NCBI GenBank assembly: GCA_049974845.1
Contig: JBNGCP010000003.1
Span: forward strand, 20,643-84,642
DNA length: 64,000 nt
Direction of reading: 5' to 3'
Source of the DNA: Anaerolineae bacterium
GTDB taxonomy: Bacteria > Chloroflexota > Anaerolineae > B4-G1 > SLSP01
The notes under the pieces were generated by a model, which was not told the origin of the DNA, did no database searches, and saw only the letters and a list, made by a program, of their open reading frames with translations. Below, piece by piece: positions 10,506 through 19,183 of this stretch. A program made the position numbers and the translations under genes. The number at the start of each line of letters is the position of its first letter. Position 1 is the stretch's first letter.

Positions 10506-12581
10506 CTAGGCGGCGTCTTCTTCCGCGTCCGGACGGGCGAGGTCGACGTACTCGGCCTTGAGCAGAGCGCTTTCTGGGACGTCCAGGTGTCCCAGAAGGT
10601 CGCCGATGAGCGCCGCTTTACGCTCGGCGTCCTGCTGTGACCAGGTGCGGCTCTTGATCTCCAAGAAGGTGCCGCCGTCCTCAGGCTTGAGGATGCGATC
10701 GAGGTTCAGCGCGAAATCGGTGCCGCCGTAGCGAATGTGGAAGCGGCGGCGGTACTTGTGAACCTCCACCGTTTGTTCGGGCGCGAAGTACTCGCGGTAG
10801 AAACGCAGGCTGCGCGTTGCCGGGGCATCGAAGCGCGAGCGGGAGAGCAGGACCGAGTTCTCGAACTCGCGCTCCTTAGCCATCGTCGTCAGCGTCAGCC
10901 GATAGATCACGTCGACAATCTCTTGGGTGGCTGGATCGATGACCTCATCCTCACGATGGCGCAATCGATTGCCCTGTTCGTCGCTAAAGACGAAATACGT
11001 GTCGTATTGATGGCGCTCAGAGCCTCGCAGGAAGATGACGTCTGGGAGAGATCGCAGGTGTTGCTCCAACGCTTCGAGATTCGCTCCGCGGATCTTGACC
11101 TGGACCTCGAAGCTCTTGCGCTGGGCCAGGCCCCCAATCGCCACCAGCTTCCTGAGCACGCTCTCCTCGCGCTGCATCAGGAAGCGGTCGATCTCGCCCG
11201 CCAGCCGGTTTGCCTCACTGCGCAGTGAGGCCGGATCCAGCGTCAGGAGCTCGCGATCGCGCATCAGCCAGACGCCGTTGACCATCACATCGCGGACATC
11301 CTCCTGATGGGACGCGTAGAGCAACCGCGAGTAGATGCTATCCGGATCGCGTTGGAAGGCGGGGGTATGCCGCGCATCATCCATCGATACGACGATCAGA
11401 TCCGCACGCTTTCCTGGCTCAAGTGACCCGGTCAAGGCATCGATATGCAGCGCACGCGCACCCATTAGGGTGGCCATCTCAATGACGCGCCGCGCCGGCA
11501 GTGCTGTGGGATCCATCGTGGACACCTTACCGAGGAAGCTGGTCAGGCGCATCTCCTCAATCATATCCAGATCGTTGTTGCTTCCCGCCCCGTCGGTGCC
11601 TATGCCTACGTTGAGGCCGAGCTCGAGCATGCGAGCCACGGGGGCAATGCCGCTTGCCAGCTTCATATTGCTGCTGGGATTGTGAGCGACACCCACGCCG
11701 TGGTGGTGAAGCGTGCGCATCTCGCCCTCGTCCACGTGCACACAGTGGGCAGCCGTCACGTTGGTCTCGAAGATGCCCAGTTTCTTGAGCCACGGAACAG
11801 GAGGCATGCCGAATTCCTTACGGTGGTCCTCGACCTCTTGAGCCGTCTCGGCGATATGGATGTGGACGGGGACGTCGTACTCCAACGCCAGCTCGATCGC
11901 GCCCTCAAGCAACTCCGGCGTCACGGTGTAGGGGGCATGGGGAGCGACGCTGGGGACGACGAGCGGATGATCCTTCCAGCGCATAACGTAGTCTCGCGAA
12001 CGGGCCAAGGCATCTTCGTAGCTATTGGCATCGGGGGTCGGATACTTCATGACCGTCTGCGAGCAGATGGCTCGCATGCCTGCCTGCACAACGGCGTCGG
12101 CGACGGCTTCCTCGAAGTAATACATATCCGCGAAGGTCGTCGTGCCGGACCGAATCATCTCCATCGCGGCAAGCTGGGTGCCCAACCAGCAGAAATGTGG
12201 CGTGACAAACTCACTCTCGACGGGCATCATGTACCCCATCAGCCACACGTCGAGGCGCAGATCGTCAGCCAGGGCGCGAAGCAGCGTCATCGGCGCATGG
12301 CCGTGGGTGTTCACGAGGCCGGGCATGAGCACGGCGTTGCCGCAGTCTACCTGTGCCGCGGCCTCATGGCTTGCGAGAATCTCGTCCCGAGCGCCGACGG
12401 CGATGATCGTATCGCCGCGCACAGCGACCGCGCCCGGTGTATGCAGGTCGAAGTCCGCGTTCATCGTCACCACGTAGTCTGCTGTGATCAGCGTATCGAC
12501 GTCCGAGCGCTCCGACGGGATGGGGAGTTCGGACGGCTTAGGGCGATCTGTCGCCCTGGCCTTCCCTTTAGGTTCGGTCAT
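10506..12581 (-). CDS. fusion protein: N-terminal amidohydrolase (MTA/SAH/adenosine-deaminase-like, MtaD family) plus C-terminal CYTH (class IV adenylyl cyclase/triphosphate tunnel) domain
   Basis: N-terminal portion: LMPGLVNTHGHAPMT...HIAE...HCVH...GTDGAGSNN amidohydrolase metal-ligand pattern. C-terminal ~200 aa: EVQVKIRG, RHQYDTYF, LRHRED, FLEIKS CYTH-type motifs. GGAGGT lies 7 nt upstream. Confidence 0.8.
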   Translation of the reverse strand: MTEPKGKARATDRPKPSELPIPSERSDVDTLITADYVVTMNADFDLHTPGAVAVRGDTIIAVGARDEILASHEAAAQVDCGNAVLMPGLVNTHGHAPMTLLRALADDLRLDVWLMGYMMPVESEFVTPHFCWLGTQLAAMEMIRSGTTTFADMYYFEEAVADAVVQAGMRAICSQTVMKYPTPDANSYEDALARSRDYVMRWKDHPLVVPSVAPHAPYTVTPELLEGAIELALEYDVPVHIHIAETAQEVEDHRKEFGMPPVPWLKKLGIFETNVTAAHCVHVDEGEMRTLHHHGVGVAHNPSSNMKLASGIAPVARMLELGLNVGIGTDGAGSNNDLDMIEEMRLTSFLGKVSTMDPTALPARRVIEMATLMGARALHIDALTGSLEPGKRADLIVVSMDDARHTPAFQRDPDSIYSRLLYASHQEDVRDVMVNGVWLMRDRELLTLDPASLRSEANRLAGEIDRFLMQREESVLRKLVAIGGLAQRKSFEVQVKIRGANLEALEQHLRSLPDVIFLRGSERHQYDTYFVFSDEQGNRLRHREDEVIDPATQEIVDVIYRLTLTTMAKEREFENSVLLSRSRFDAPATRSLRFYREYFAPEQTVEVHKYRRRFHIRYGGTDFALNLDRILKPEDGGTFLEIKSRTWSQQDAERKAALIGDLLGHLDVPESALLKAEYVDLARPDAEEDAA

Positions 12582-12653
12582 CCGACCACCTCCGCTTACG
12601 TGTCAAATTGGGAAGCTCGCACGAGCCGCGCGGGCTTCTGGTGCATCGCATCA

Positions 12654-13178
12654 CTATCGTGCGACCGGCTCAGCCGGGTCAAATCGGACCTCGAGGCCTT
12701 GATCGGACACCGTATAGTGCGCAAAGACCGTGGGACCCGGTTTCAGGACGCGTGGGAGTAACTCAGGAAGATCCTCAACTAACGGCAAGGACGCGAGCCG
12801 CGCACGCTTCACCCACACCGGCGTGCCCTCTTCTGAGGCCTTCAGCTCATCAGTCCCAGCAACGTTGCCGCCGTCCGTGCCGACAAAGACGAACAGCACA
12901 ATGCCGGGCGGCCGGGGCAGCGTGATGTGCACGACGCCGCGCAGCTCCAGACGGGCTACGGTGAGGCCGGTCTCCTCCGCGAGCTCGCGCATCGCGGAGG
13001 CGTAGGGGGATTCGCCTGGCTCAAGATGGCCGCCTATCCCATTGTACTTCCCGGCCCACAGAGGCTTGGTAGGCGCGCCCCGGAGCAGCAGGACCTTATC
13101 GTCCCGTGTTAAGAAGACGAGGGTGCGGGCCACCACGGTGTAACGCTCGCCAGAACCGCGCTGATCCTCAGGACGCAT
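12654..13178 (-). CDS. NUDIX hydrolase
   Basis: Nudix box GGHLEPGESPYASAMRELAEETGL. Confidence 0.85.
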   Translation of the reverse strand: MRPEDQRGSGERYTVVARTLVFLTRDDKVLLLRGAPTKPLWAGKYNGIGGHLEPGESPYASAMRELAEETGLTVARLELRGVVHITLPRPPGIVLFVFVGTDGGNVAGTDELKASEEGTPVWVKRARLASLPLVEDLPELLPRVLKPGPTVFAHYTVSDQGLEVRFDPAEPVAR

Positions 13179-14202
13179 ACAGGGTGTCTCCGTGGATCGC
13201 CATCAGCGCGTGGACCGCCTCAAAGGTCAGGAAGCGGCTGGGTTGATCCACGCCTTCCATAGCGAAGGCGGGTGTTGTCCTCATCTTGGGCCAGCGCCCG
13301 GCATCGTCCTGTAAGCTGATCATCTGTCGCACAATCTGCGTGGTGGCAGGATGCGCCCGGTAAGGCGTATGTGAAAGCACGTGGGCTAGCTCAATCACGT
13401 CAGTGTCATAGTGACGTGGAAAGCGTGGAAGCAGCCAGTCGGCATCTTCGCCCTCCCAATCATACTCATGGTTGAGCAGGTAGCGGCAAAGCCGATCCAC
13501 CGTCTCCTCAGCCACGGGACCGGAAGGCTTTTCATCGCGATGGATCAGCGCGCCGAGCACCTTTACCGCCCCGGCACGGCAGACACGATCATCCCTGCTC
13601 GTCGAACCCGCCGGACCGGTGAGCTGAAGAGGCAGGCGCCCACCGATGGCGCACTCGAGATGTTCGGGATCCCGCTCCACGGCTGCGGTCATCGCTTCCC
13701 AGGCGGAGAGTGTGCGAGGGTCCTCATCGTATCCGAAGTGCATCAGAATCTGCAGCACCATGCCCGTGTAGGAGAGCCAAGGGGCTGCGGCTGCCCCTTC
13801 AGGTGTGAAGCGTCCGTCGGGTCGCTGTGCTCTGTTTAAGAGGTTTTCGCAAGCTGCTGCGATTTCCTCTGTGCGCGGTGCGCCTAGCTGTGCAAGTAAG
13901 TGGAGCGACCCGAAGTTACCCGCGGGTCCGCCGTAGAAAGGATTGTCGACACGGCCCCAGAAGTTGATGGGGTCCCAGTGGCGGAGCAGCGACGTCACAG
14001 GCTTCCAGGCCAAAACGCGCTCTTGCTCTTTCGTCAGTCGCGAAGCCGGCTGCTGAAAGATGTGTCGGAGCGTCAGGTAACGCACCGCCGGATTCTCGGG
14101 ATCGAGGAGCCAAGGCACCGGGTCCCGTGCGACGAAGTCCAGCCACTGCGTGGCAGATTCCGATGGCATCGTAACGCCTAGTAACCTGGCAGGCTCTGAC
14201 AT
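13168..14202 (-). CDS. hypothetical protein
   Basis: 344-aa ORF that overlaps the NUDIX gene start by 11 nt, suggesting an operon. No recognisable motif. Confidence 0.55.
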   Translation of the reverse strand: MSEPARLLGVTMPSESATQWLDFVARDPVPWLLDPENPAVRYLTLRHIFQQPASRLTKEQERVLAWKPVTSLLRHWDPINFWGRVDNPFYGGPAGNFGSLHLLAQLGAPRTEEIAAACENLLNRAQRPDGRFTPEGAAAAPWLSYTGMVLQILMHFGYDEDPRTLSAWEAMTAAVERDPEHLECAIGGRLPLQLTGPAGSTSRDDRVCRAGAVKVLGALIHRDEKPSGPVAEETVDRLCRYLLNHEYDWEGEDADWLLPRFPRHYDTDVIELAHVLSHTPYRAHPATTQIVRQMISLQDDAGRWPKMRTTPAFAMEGVDQPSRFLTFEAVHALMAIHGDTLYAS

Positions 14203-14242
14203 AGCGCGCGCCGAGAAAACGGAGAGCTGTCCACGGTGCGGA

Positions 14243-14746
14243 CTACAGCTTGTATCCTATTGTGCGCAGCAAGTTCTTCCGCCAGGCAATCCCCTTCTCA
14301 CCCTCGAGGCCCTGCGTCCTCATGCCGTCGATGACGCCCAGGATACCGCGCCCCTGCTCGCTCTCCGCGATCACGACCTGTAAGGGGTTGGCTGTAGCGC
14401 AGAATATCCTGGCAACCTCGGGCACCACCTTGATCGCATTGAGCACATTGACGGGATAGTAGCCTTCGTCCAGGAAGATCACAAAAGCGTGTCCGGCGTC
14501 CAGCGCTTGTGCGGTCTCCTGGGCCAGCTGGATCATCGCGTCGCTGGTGCCACTCCACCGCACCAATGCATCACCGGAGGCCTCACAGAAGGCCAGCCCA
14601 AACTTGATCCCCGGAACTGCGGTGACAAGAGCCTCGTGAAGATCCTCAACGGTCTTGATGAAGTGAGACTGCCCGACGATGACGTTGATATTATCCGGCT
14701 TTTCGACTGTTACGAGCTTCAGCTCTAACGTAATCTCTGACGGCAT
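14243..14746 (-). CDS. COG1839/PF04008-like protein (adenosine-specific/AMP kinase family), tentative
   Basis: NVIVGQSHFIKTVEDL...GIKFGLAFCEASG recalled as resembling this family. I chose the start at the in-frame ATG preceded by GAGGAGGG. Confidence 0.5.
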   Translation of the reverse strand: MPSEITLELKLVTVEKPDNINVIVGQSHFIKTVEDLHEALVTAVPGIKFGLAFCEASGDALVRWSGTSDAMIQLAQETAQALDAGHAFVIFLDEGYYPVNVLNAIKVVPEVARIFCATANPLQVVIAESEQGRGILGVIDGMRTQGLEGEKGIAWRKNLLRTIGYKL

Positions 14747-14756
14747 CGTTCCCTCC

Positions 14757-15608
14757 TCATTCACTGGTGACTTCAAATCCGGCCTTCTTCAGCCTCTCCC
14801 GGAGCTCGTCGAGGGCACCTCGAACAGCCTCCTCGGCCGCCTCCGTGCTGGACGCTTGCGTGGTTGCGATGATACGCAGCCCCTTCTCGCGGGCCTTCCG
14901 TCCGGCGGTGCTGACATGGTACTCCCTGATGCCTGGGAAGGGCTGGGCCAAGGACTTCAGGTAGACATCGGGATGACGCTGCTGGACCTCCCGCAAAGCC
15001 CCGGCTACTTCCGCCTCATCCTCGACGCGCACGCGCAGAGCGCTCTCGGCCCATGCACATAGCTCGAAGCGCGCGTGCAACTCAGGGACGACCGTCTCCG
15101 TGAAGATCGCTTCCAGCTCCGCAGGCACGCCGGGCAAGACGTAGACAACCGCGGTATTTGTCTCCAGACGCACGCCGGGAGCCGTGCCGACAGGATTGGG
15201 CAGCGGCGTCGCTCCGTCCGGAAGCTGAGCCATCTTCGTGCGCGCGGTCTCGGGGCCCCGGTGGTTGAGATATCCCTGCGCCAACAGCCGGCTGTACTGC
15301 GTCTCGACCATACGCCGGGCATCTGGGTCGTGCCTCAGTTCCCGGCCGAGAACCTCTGCCAAGGCTCTGAGGGTCAGATCGTCTTCAGTCGGGCCGAGCC
15401 CGCCGCTGCAGATCACGACGTCAGGATCGTGTTGCAGAACGAAGCGCATCCCGTCGGCGATGCTCTCTGGAGCATCTCGCACGATTGCGGCTCGGGCCAC
15501 CGTGAACCCCATATGCGTCAGATGCCTGCTAAGTGTGTAGAGGTTTAGGTCGCGGATCTCACCGCTCAACAGCTCGTTCCCGACCGCCAGCAAACCACAT
15601 TCCGGCAC
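14757..15608 (-). CDS. CinA N-terminal-domain-like (MoCF/molybdopterin-binding fold, COG1058) protein without a C-terminal deamidase domain
   Basis: GNELLSGEIRDLN...SGGLGPTEDDLT motifs. Confidence 0.8.
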   Translation of the reverse strand: MPECGLLAVGNELLSGEIRDLNLYTLSRHLTHMGFTVARAAIVRDAPESIADGMRFVLQHDPDVVICSGGLGPTEDDLTLRALAEVLGRELRHDPDARRMVETQYSRLLAQGYLNHRGPETARTKMAQLPDGATPLPNPVGTAPGVRLETNTAVVYVLPGVPAELEAIFTETVVPELHARFELCAWAESALRVRVEDEAEVAGALREVQQRHPDVYLKSLAQPFPGIREYHVSTAGRKAREKGLRIIATTQASSTEAAEEAVRGALDELRERLKKAGFEVTSE

Positions 15609-15750
15609 GTGAGACTCCTCGTCAAATCAAAGCGCCCTCAGGGCAATAAGCAATGACAAAAAGCCTGAGCTCATCGCCCAGGCACGTGCAACATCTCAAA
15701 GCCCGAACCGTAGCGGCCCGGACGTCCAGGTTATTCGATGGGTGCTGACC

Positions 15751-16155
15751 TTATCCGGCAGCCTTCAGGACGTTGTCAACCGCTGTCCGAAGCTCGGCGG
15801 GGCTGAAAGGCTTCGTGATATAGACCTGCACCTTTGCTATATGCTCCCCGAGAATCCGATCAATGGGTTTGTTCTGTGCTGTGATCACAATAACAGGGAC
15901 TTGGTTGAGGACCTGATCATCCTTCATCGCTTGATAGACGGCCCAGCCCGCCATATCCGGCAGCATCAGGTCGAGAAGGACCAGATCGGGGAGGGTTTCG
16001 CGCATCATCGCCAGCCCTGCGTTGCCATCAAGGGCCCCCTTGATATCAAATCGCTGGGAATCCAGGATCATGCTTACCAGATCGATCATATCTGGATCGT
16101 CTTCGATGTAGACGACGACGGATTTATCAGCACTTGCCACGGGGTAGCTCCTCAA
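15751..16155 (-). CDS. single-domain response regulator (CheY-like REC)
   Basis: DD...PDLVLLDLMLPDMAGW...ITKP. Confidence 0.85.
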   Translation of the reverse strand: MRSYPVASADKSVVVYIEDDPDMIDLVSMILDSQRFDIKGALDGNAGLAMMRETLPDLVLLDLMLPDMAGWAVYQAMKDDQVLNQVPVIVITAQNKPIDRILGEHIAKVQVYITKPFSPAELRTAVDNVLKAAG

Positions 16156-16172
16156 TCTATGATCGAACCCGC

Positions 16173-16565
16173 TCAGCTCTCAATGTCCAAGACCTTTCTC
16201 ACACTGGCGAGAAGCTCCTGCGGTCCAAACGGCTTGGTGACATAATCATCGACCTTGGCGATGTGCAGCCCCAGGACCTTGTCAATGCTCTGTGCCTTTG
16301 CCGTCACAACGATGACCGGAATCCGGTTCAGGTCTTCGTCTGCTTTCATCTGTTGGTAGACTTCCCAGCCATCCATATCCGGCATCATAAGATCCAAGAG
16401 AACGAGATCGGGTCTGACCTTGCGGACGGTGCCCAGACCCTCACGGCCTCCAACGGCGCCGATCAGCTCAAAGTTGCGGCGACCCAAAATGAGCTTGATG
16501 AGCTCGATCATTTCGGGCTCGTCCTCGATGCAAACGACTTTGATGGGTTTCTGGGCCTCAGCCAC
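16173..16565 (-). CDS. single-domain response regulator (CheY-like REC), paralog of the downstream gene
   Basis: EDEPEMIEL...PDLVLLDLMMPDMDGW...VTKP. GTG start preceded by GGAGGT. Confidence 0.85.
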   Translation of the reverse strand: MAEAQKPIKVVCIEDEPEMIELIKLILGRRNFELIGAVGGREGLGTVRKVRPDLVLLDLMMPDMDGWEVYQQMKADEDLNRIPVIVVTAKAQSIDKVLGLHIAKVDDYVTKPFGPQELLASVRKVLDIES

Positions 16566-16596
16566 AAGCCACCTCCTGGTTCCGGCTTTTCATGTC

Positions 16597-16624
16597 AGTG
16601 TAGCACACCCCCCTTGCTTGTCAA
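16597..16624 (-). promoter_or_regulatory. sigma70-type promoter for the REC gene pair (TTGACA-16-TACACT)
   Basis: On the minus strand: TTGACAagcaaggggggtgtgcTACACT, about 30 nt upstream of the RBS. Confidence 0.5.
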
Positions 16625-16809
16625 TGCGTGGCCCTGTAGCATTGATGCTTCTCAAGTTTTCCTTGCAGGCAAGGCGTACTGACAGTATAGACCCGGTCTG
16701 CGCTTCCTGCAACTGCGCCCACCGGCCCCACAGCATCCAGCAGGTTGCCGCCGCTTGCTACGCGCGAGCTTGCCCGCGTGCCATTCGGTAAAGGCGCCTT
16801 CCTCCCGGG

Positions 16810-17466
16810 TCACTCGAGCTTGCGGATGACGAGAACCACCTTCCCTTGGACTTGGACGTCGTCGGCGGGCACGAAGATTGGATTCATTGTGGGGTTGGCG
16901 GGTTGGAGGCGGACCTTTTTGCCCTCGTAGTAGACTTTCTTGAGCGTGGTCTCCTCCTCGTCAACCAGCCAGACTGCCGCCATCTGCCCGTTCTCAACGC
17001 GCTTCTGCTTTTTGAGAATGACGGTGTCCCCGTCGTTGATCAACGCGTCGATCATTGAGTTCCCCTGAACCTTCAGCGCGAAGAGGTCCTTCGTATCGCG
17101 ACCGAAAAGGGCGCGGTTGATCTCGACGGTCTCGGTTCCGGGGAACGCCTCGACGTTAATCGGCGTGCCAGCGGCGATGTACCCGAGGAACGGAACCGAC
17201 AGGACGTCATCGTCGCTGAGCTCCAAGGGTATCTCCTGCGTCGTGGGCGTCGTGAGCTGGATGGCCCGTGACATTGACGGCTCCCGGGTGATCAGGCCCT
17301 GCTCCTCCAGCCGCTTGAGGTAGTAGGAGACCAGGGATGTTGAATTCACGCCAATCGCATCGCCGATCTCGCGAACGGTGGGCGGGAACCCATGGTCCTC
17401 TACGTACTCTTCGATGCAAGCCAAGACCTTCTGCTGACGCTCCGGCAAATCCTGGACTCTCACCAT
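16810..17466 (-). CDS. lexA: LexA repressor
   Basis: N-terminal winged-HTH (VREIGDAIGVNSTSLVSYYLKRLEEQGLI), Ala-Gly cleavage site and the S24 peptidase core (QGNSMIDALINDGDTVIL...K). Confidence 0.9.
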   Translation of the reverse strand: MVRVQDLPERQQKVLACIEEYVEDHGFPPTVREIGDAIGVNSTSLVSYYLKRLEEQGLITREPSMSRAIQLTTPTTQEIPLELSDDDVLSVPFLGYIAAGTPINVEAFPGTETVEINRALFGRDTKDLFALKVQGNSMIDALINDGDTVILKKQKRVENGQMAAVWLVDEEETTLKKVYYEGKKVRLQPANPTMNPIFVPADDVQVQGKVVLVIRKLE

Positions 17467-17548
17467 GTTTTACCTCCTGGGTAAGCGTTCTGGGTGTGGC
17501 GCGAGCACTATCGGCTACGCTCATATCCCAAGTATCCCAACTATCCCA

Positions 17549-17577
17549 ATTATAATCGCACATTTGTTCTATGTCAA
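17549..17577 (-). promoter_or_regulatory. consensus sigma70 promoter of lexA (TTGACA-17-TATAAT) with a Cheo-like box (GAACAAATGTGC) in the spacer
   Basis: Read on the minus strand. The -35 is at 17572-17577, the -10 at 17549-17554, and the box at 17558-17569. Confidence 0.55.
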
Positions 17578-17719
17578 GACCCTGACGGCTGTGATTGGCG
17601 AATTGGGGAATGAGGGCATGACATAGCGATGGGCCACGCGAGGCTAGCTCAGCCGGATGGTGCAATTTCCGAAAAGACGGTAGAATCAATGAAGGATGTC
17701 TGCTATATTGGAGGTTCCG

Positions 17720-19069
17720 ATGAGTGAGTGTCTGACACATGTGGTCAAGCGTAATGGGTCGGTGGTGCCCTTTAACCGCGAGCGGATCGTCAACGCGATC
17801 TATCGCGCTGCTGTTGCAGTCGGTGGGCGGGATCGCAGCGTGGCAGAGGGGTTGGCCGATCAGGTCGTGGACATCCTGGAACGTAGCTGCACGGGAAACA
17901 AGGTTCCCACCGTTGAGGAGATCCAGGACATCGTAGAGCGGGTGCTGATCGAGAATGGCCACGCACGCACGGCGAAGGCGTATATCCTGTACCGTCGGGA
18001 GCGGGCGATGCGTCGCGAGCGCCGGAAGGAGGGGAAGTCACAGCGCGATCCCGAGAACATCCCCTACCGCAAGCTCTGGGAGGTGCTCAACTGGGCCGTC
18101 GACCATAACGTGCACAATGTCTATCGCCTCAACGAGCGGATCGCCAAGGGCGAGTTCCCCGACATCGTGGCGGAGTCGGATCGAGCCTACGAGATGGATG
18201 TCGATGATGCCGCGGCCAGGATCCTGCAACGTCGCGATGACGTGCGCGTGGTCATCATCGCCGGCCCATCTTCGTCCAACAAGACGACGACGACGGTCAA
18301 ACTAGAGGAGCGCTTGCAGAAGGCCGGGCTCAGTCTGGCTTCGCTGAACGTCGACAACTACTTTCACAATCTGGAGATGCATCCCAAGGATGAGTATGGG
18401 GACTATGATTTTGAGACCCCCCAGGCGCTCGATCTGGCGCTGATCAACGAACACCTGCAGCGGCTCATCGAGGGCGAGGAGGTCATGCTGCCTTATTACG
18501 ACTTCAAGACGGGTCGGCGACAGCCCAATGTCACACCCATGCAGGTGCGCGAGGATCAGCTCATCCTGATCGATAGCCTGCACGGTCTCTACGAGGGAAT
18601 GACCGAGGCCATTCCGAATGAGCAGAAGTTCAAGCTTTATATCGAGACGTTGCTGCAGATGAAGGGCCCCGACAACCAATACATCCGCTTCACGGACCTG
18701 CGCCTGATGCGGCGGATGGTACGGGATGCGCGAGAACGGGCGTATGATCCGCGGCAGACCTTGGAGCACTGGCACTATGTGCGCAGCAGCGAGCTGCGCC
18801 ATATCATCCCCTACGTCCACACGGCGGATTACGTCGTGAACAGCGCGACGCCCTACGAGCTTCCGATTATGCGCGCGCGTCTCTTCTCTCAGTTCGCTGA
18901 GTGGGTCCGCGAGTATCGCGATGACCCCAACCGAATGGATGCCTACTTAAGGGCTGAGCGCGTCCACAACCTGCTGCAGGCGATCATTCCGGTGGAGGAT
19001 GAGTCCGTTATCCCCCCCACGTCGCACATCCGTGAGTTTATCGGCGGGTCGGCATATACGCTGCATTAA
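17720..19069 (+). CDS. ATP-cone domain fused to a uridine kinase/phosphoribulokinase-family P-loop kinase
   Basis: N-terminus VVKRNGSVVPFNRERIVNAIYRAA (ATP-cone-like). P-loop IAGPSSSNKTTTT with a downstream kinase core. Start taken at the ATG 5 nt after GGAGGT. Divergent from lexA. Confidence 0.75.
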   Translation: MSECLTHVVKRNGSVVPFNRERIVNAIYRAAVAVGGRDRSVAEGLADQVVDILERSCTGNKVPTVEEIQDIVERVLIENGHARTAKAYILYRRERAMRRERRKEGKSQRDPENIPYRKLWEVLNWAVDHNVHNVYRLNERIAKGEFPDIVAESDRAYEMDVDDAAARILQRRDDVRVVIIAGPSSSNKTTTTVKLEERLQKAGLSLASLNVDNYFHNLEMHPKDEYGDYDFETPQALDLALINEHLQRLIEGEEVMLPYYDFKTGRRQPNVTPMQVREDQLILIDSLHGLYEGMTEAIPNEQKFKLYIETLLQMKGPDNQYIRFTDLRLMRRMVRDARERAYDPRQTLEHWHYVRSSELRHIIPYVHTADYVVNSATPYELPIMRARLFSQFAEWVREYRDDPNRMDAYLRAERVHNLLQAIIPVEDESVIPPTSHIREFIGGSAYTLH

Positions 19070-19183
19070 GAGATTGAGGAAGAGAAGGACCCGTGAGCGG
19101 CGACTCCCCCGCCGCATTGCCGAGGGCAGATTGCCTTAGACGTCGTGGTCGTCCGATTGAAGGGGGCGCGTGTGGCTGCCCTC

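Noticed and set aside
17523-17550. Considered the TATCCCAA x3 repeats as the LexA operator
   Set aside because: LexA dimers bind dyad-symmetric sites. A Cheo-like dyad exists 10 nt away in the promoter spacer, so the direct repeats are reported separately as an unexplained element.
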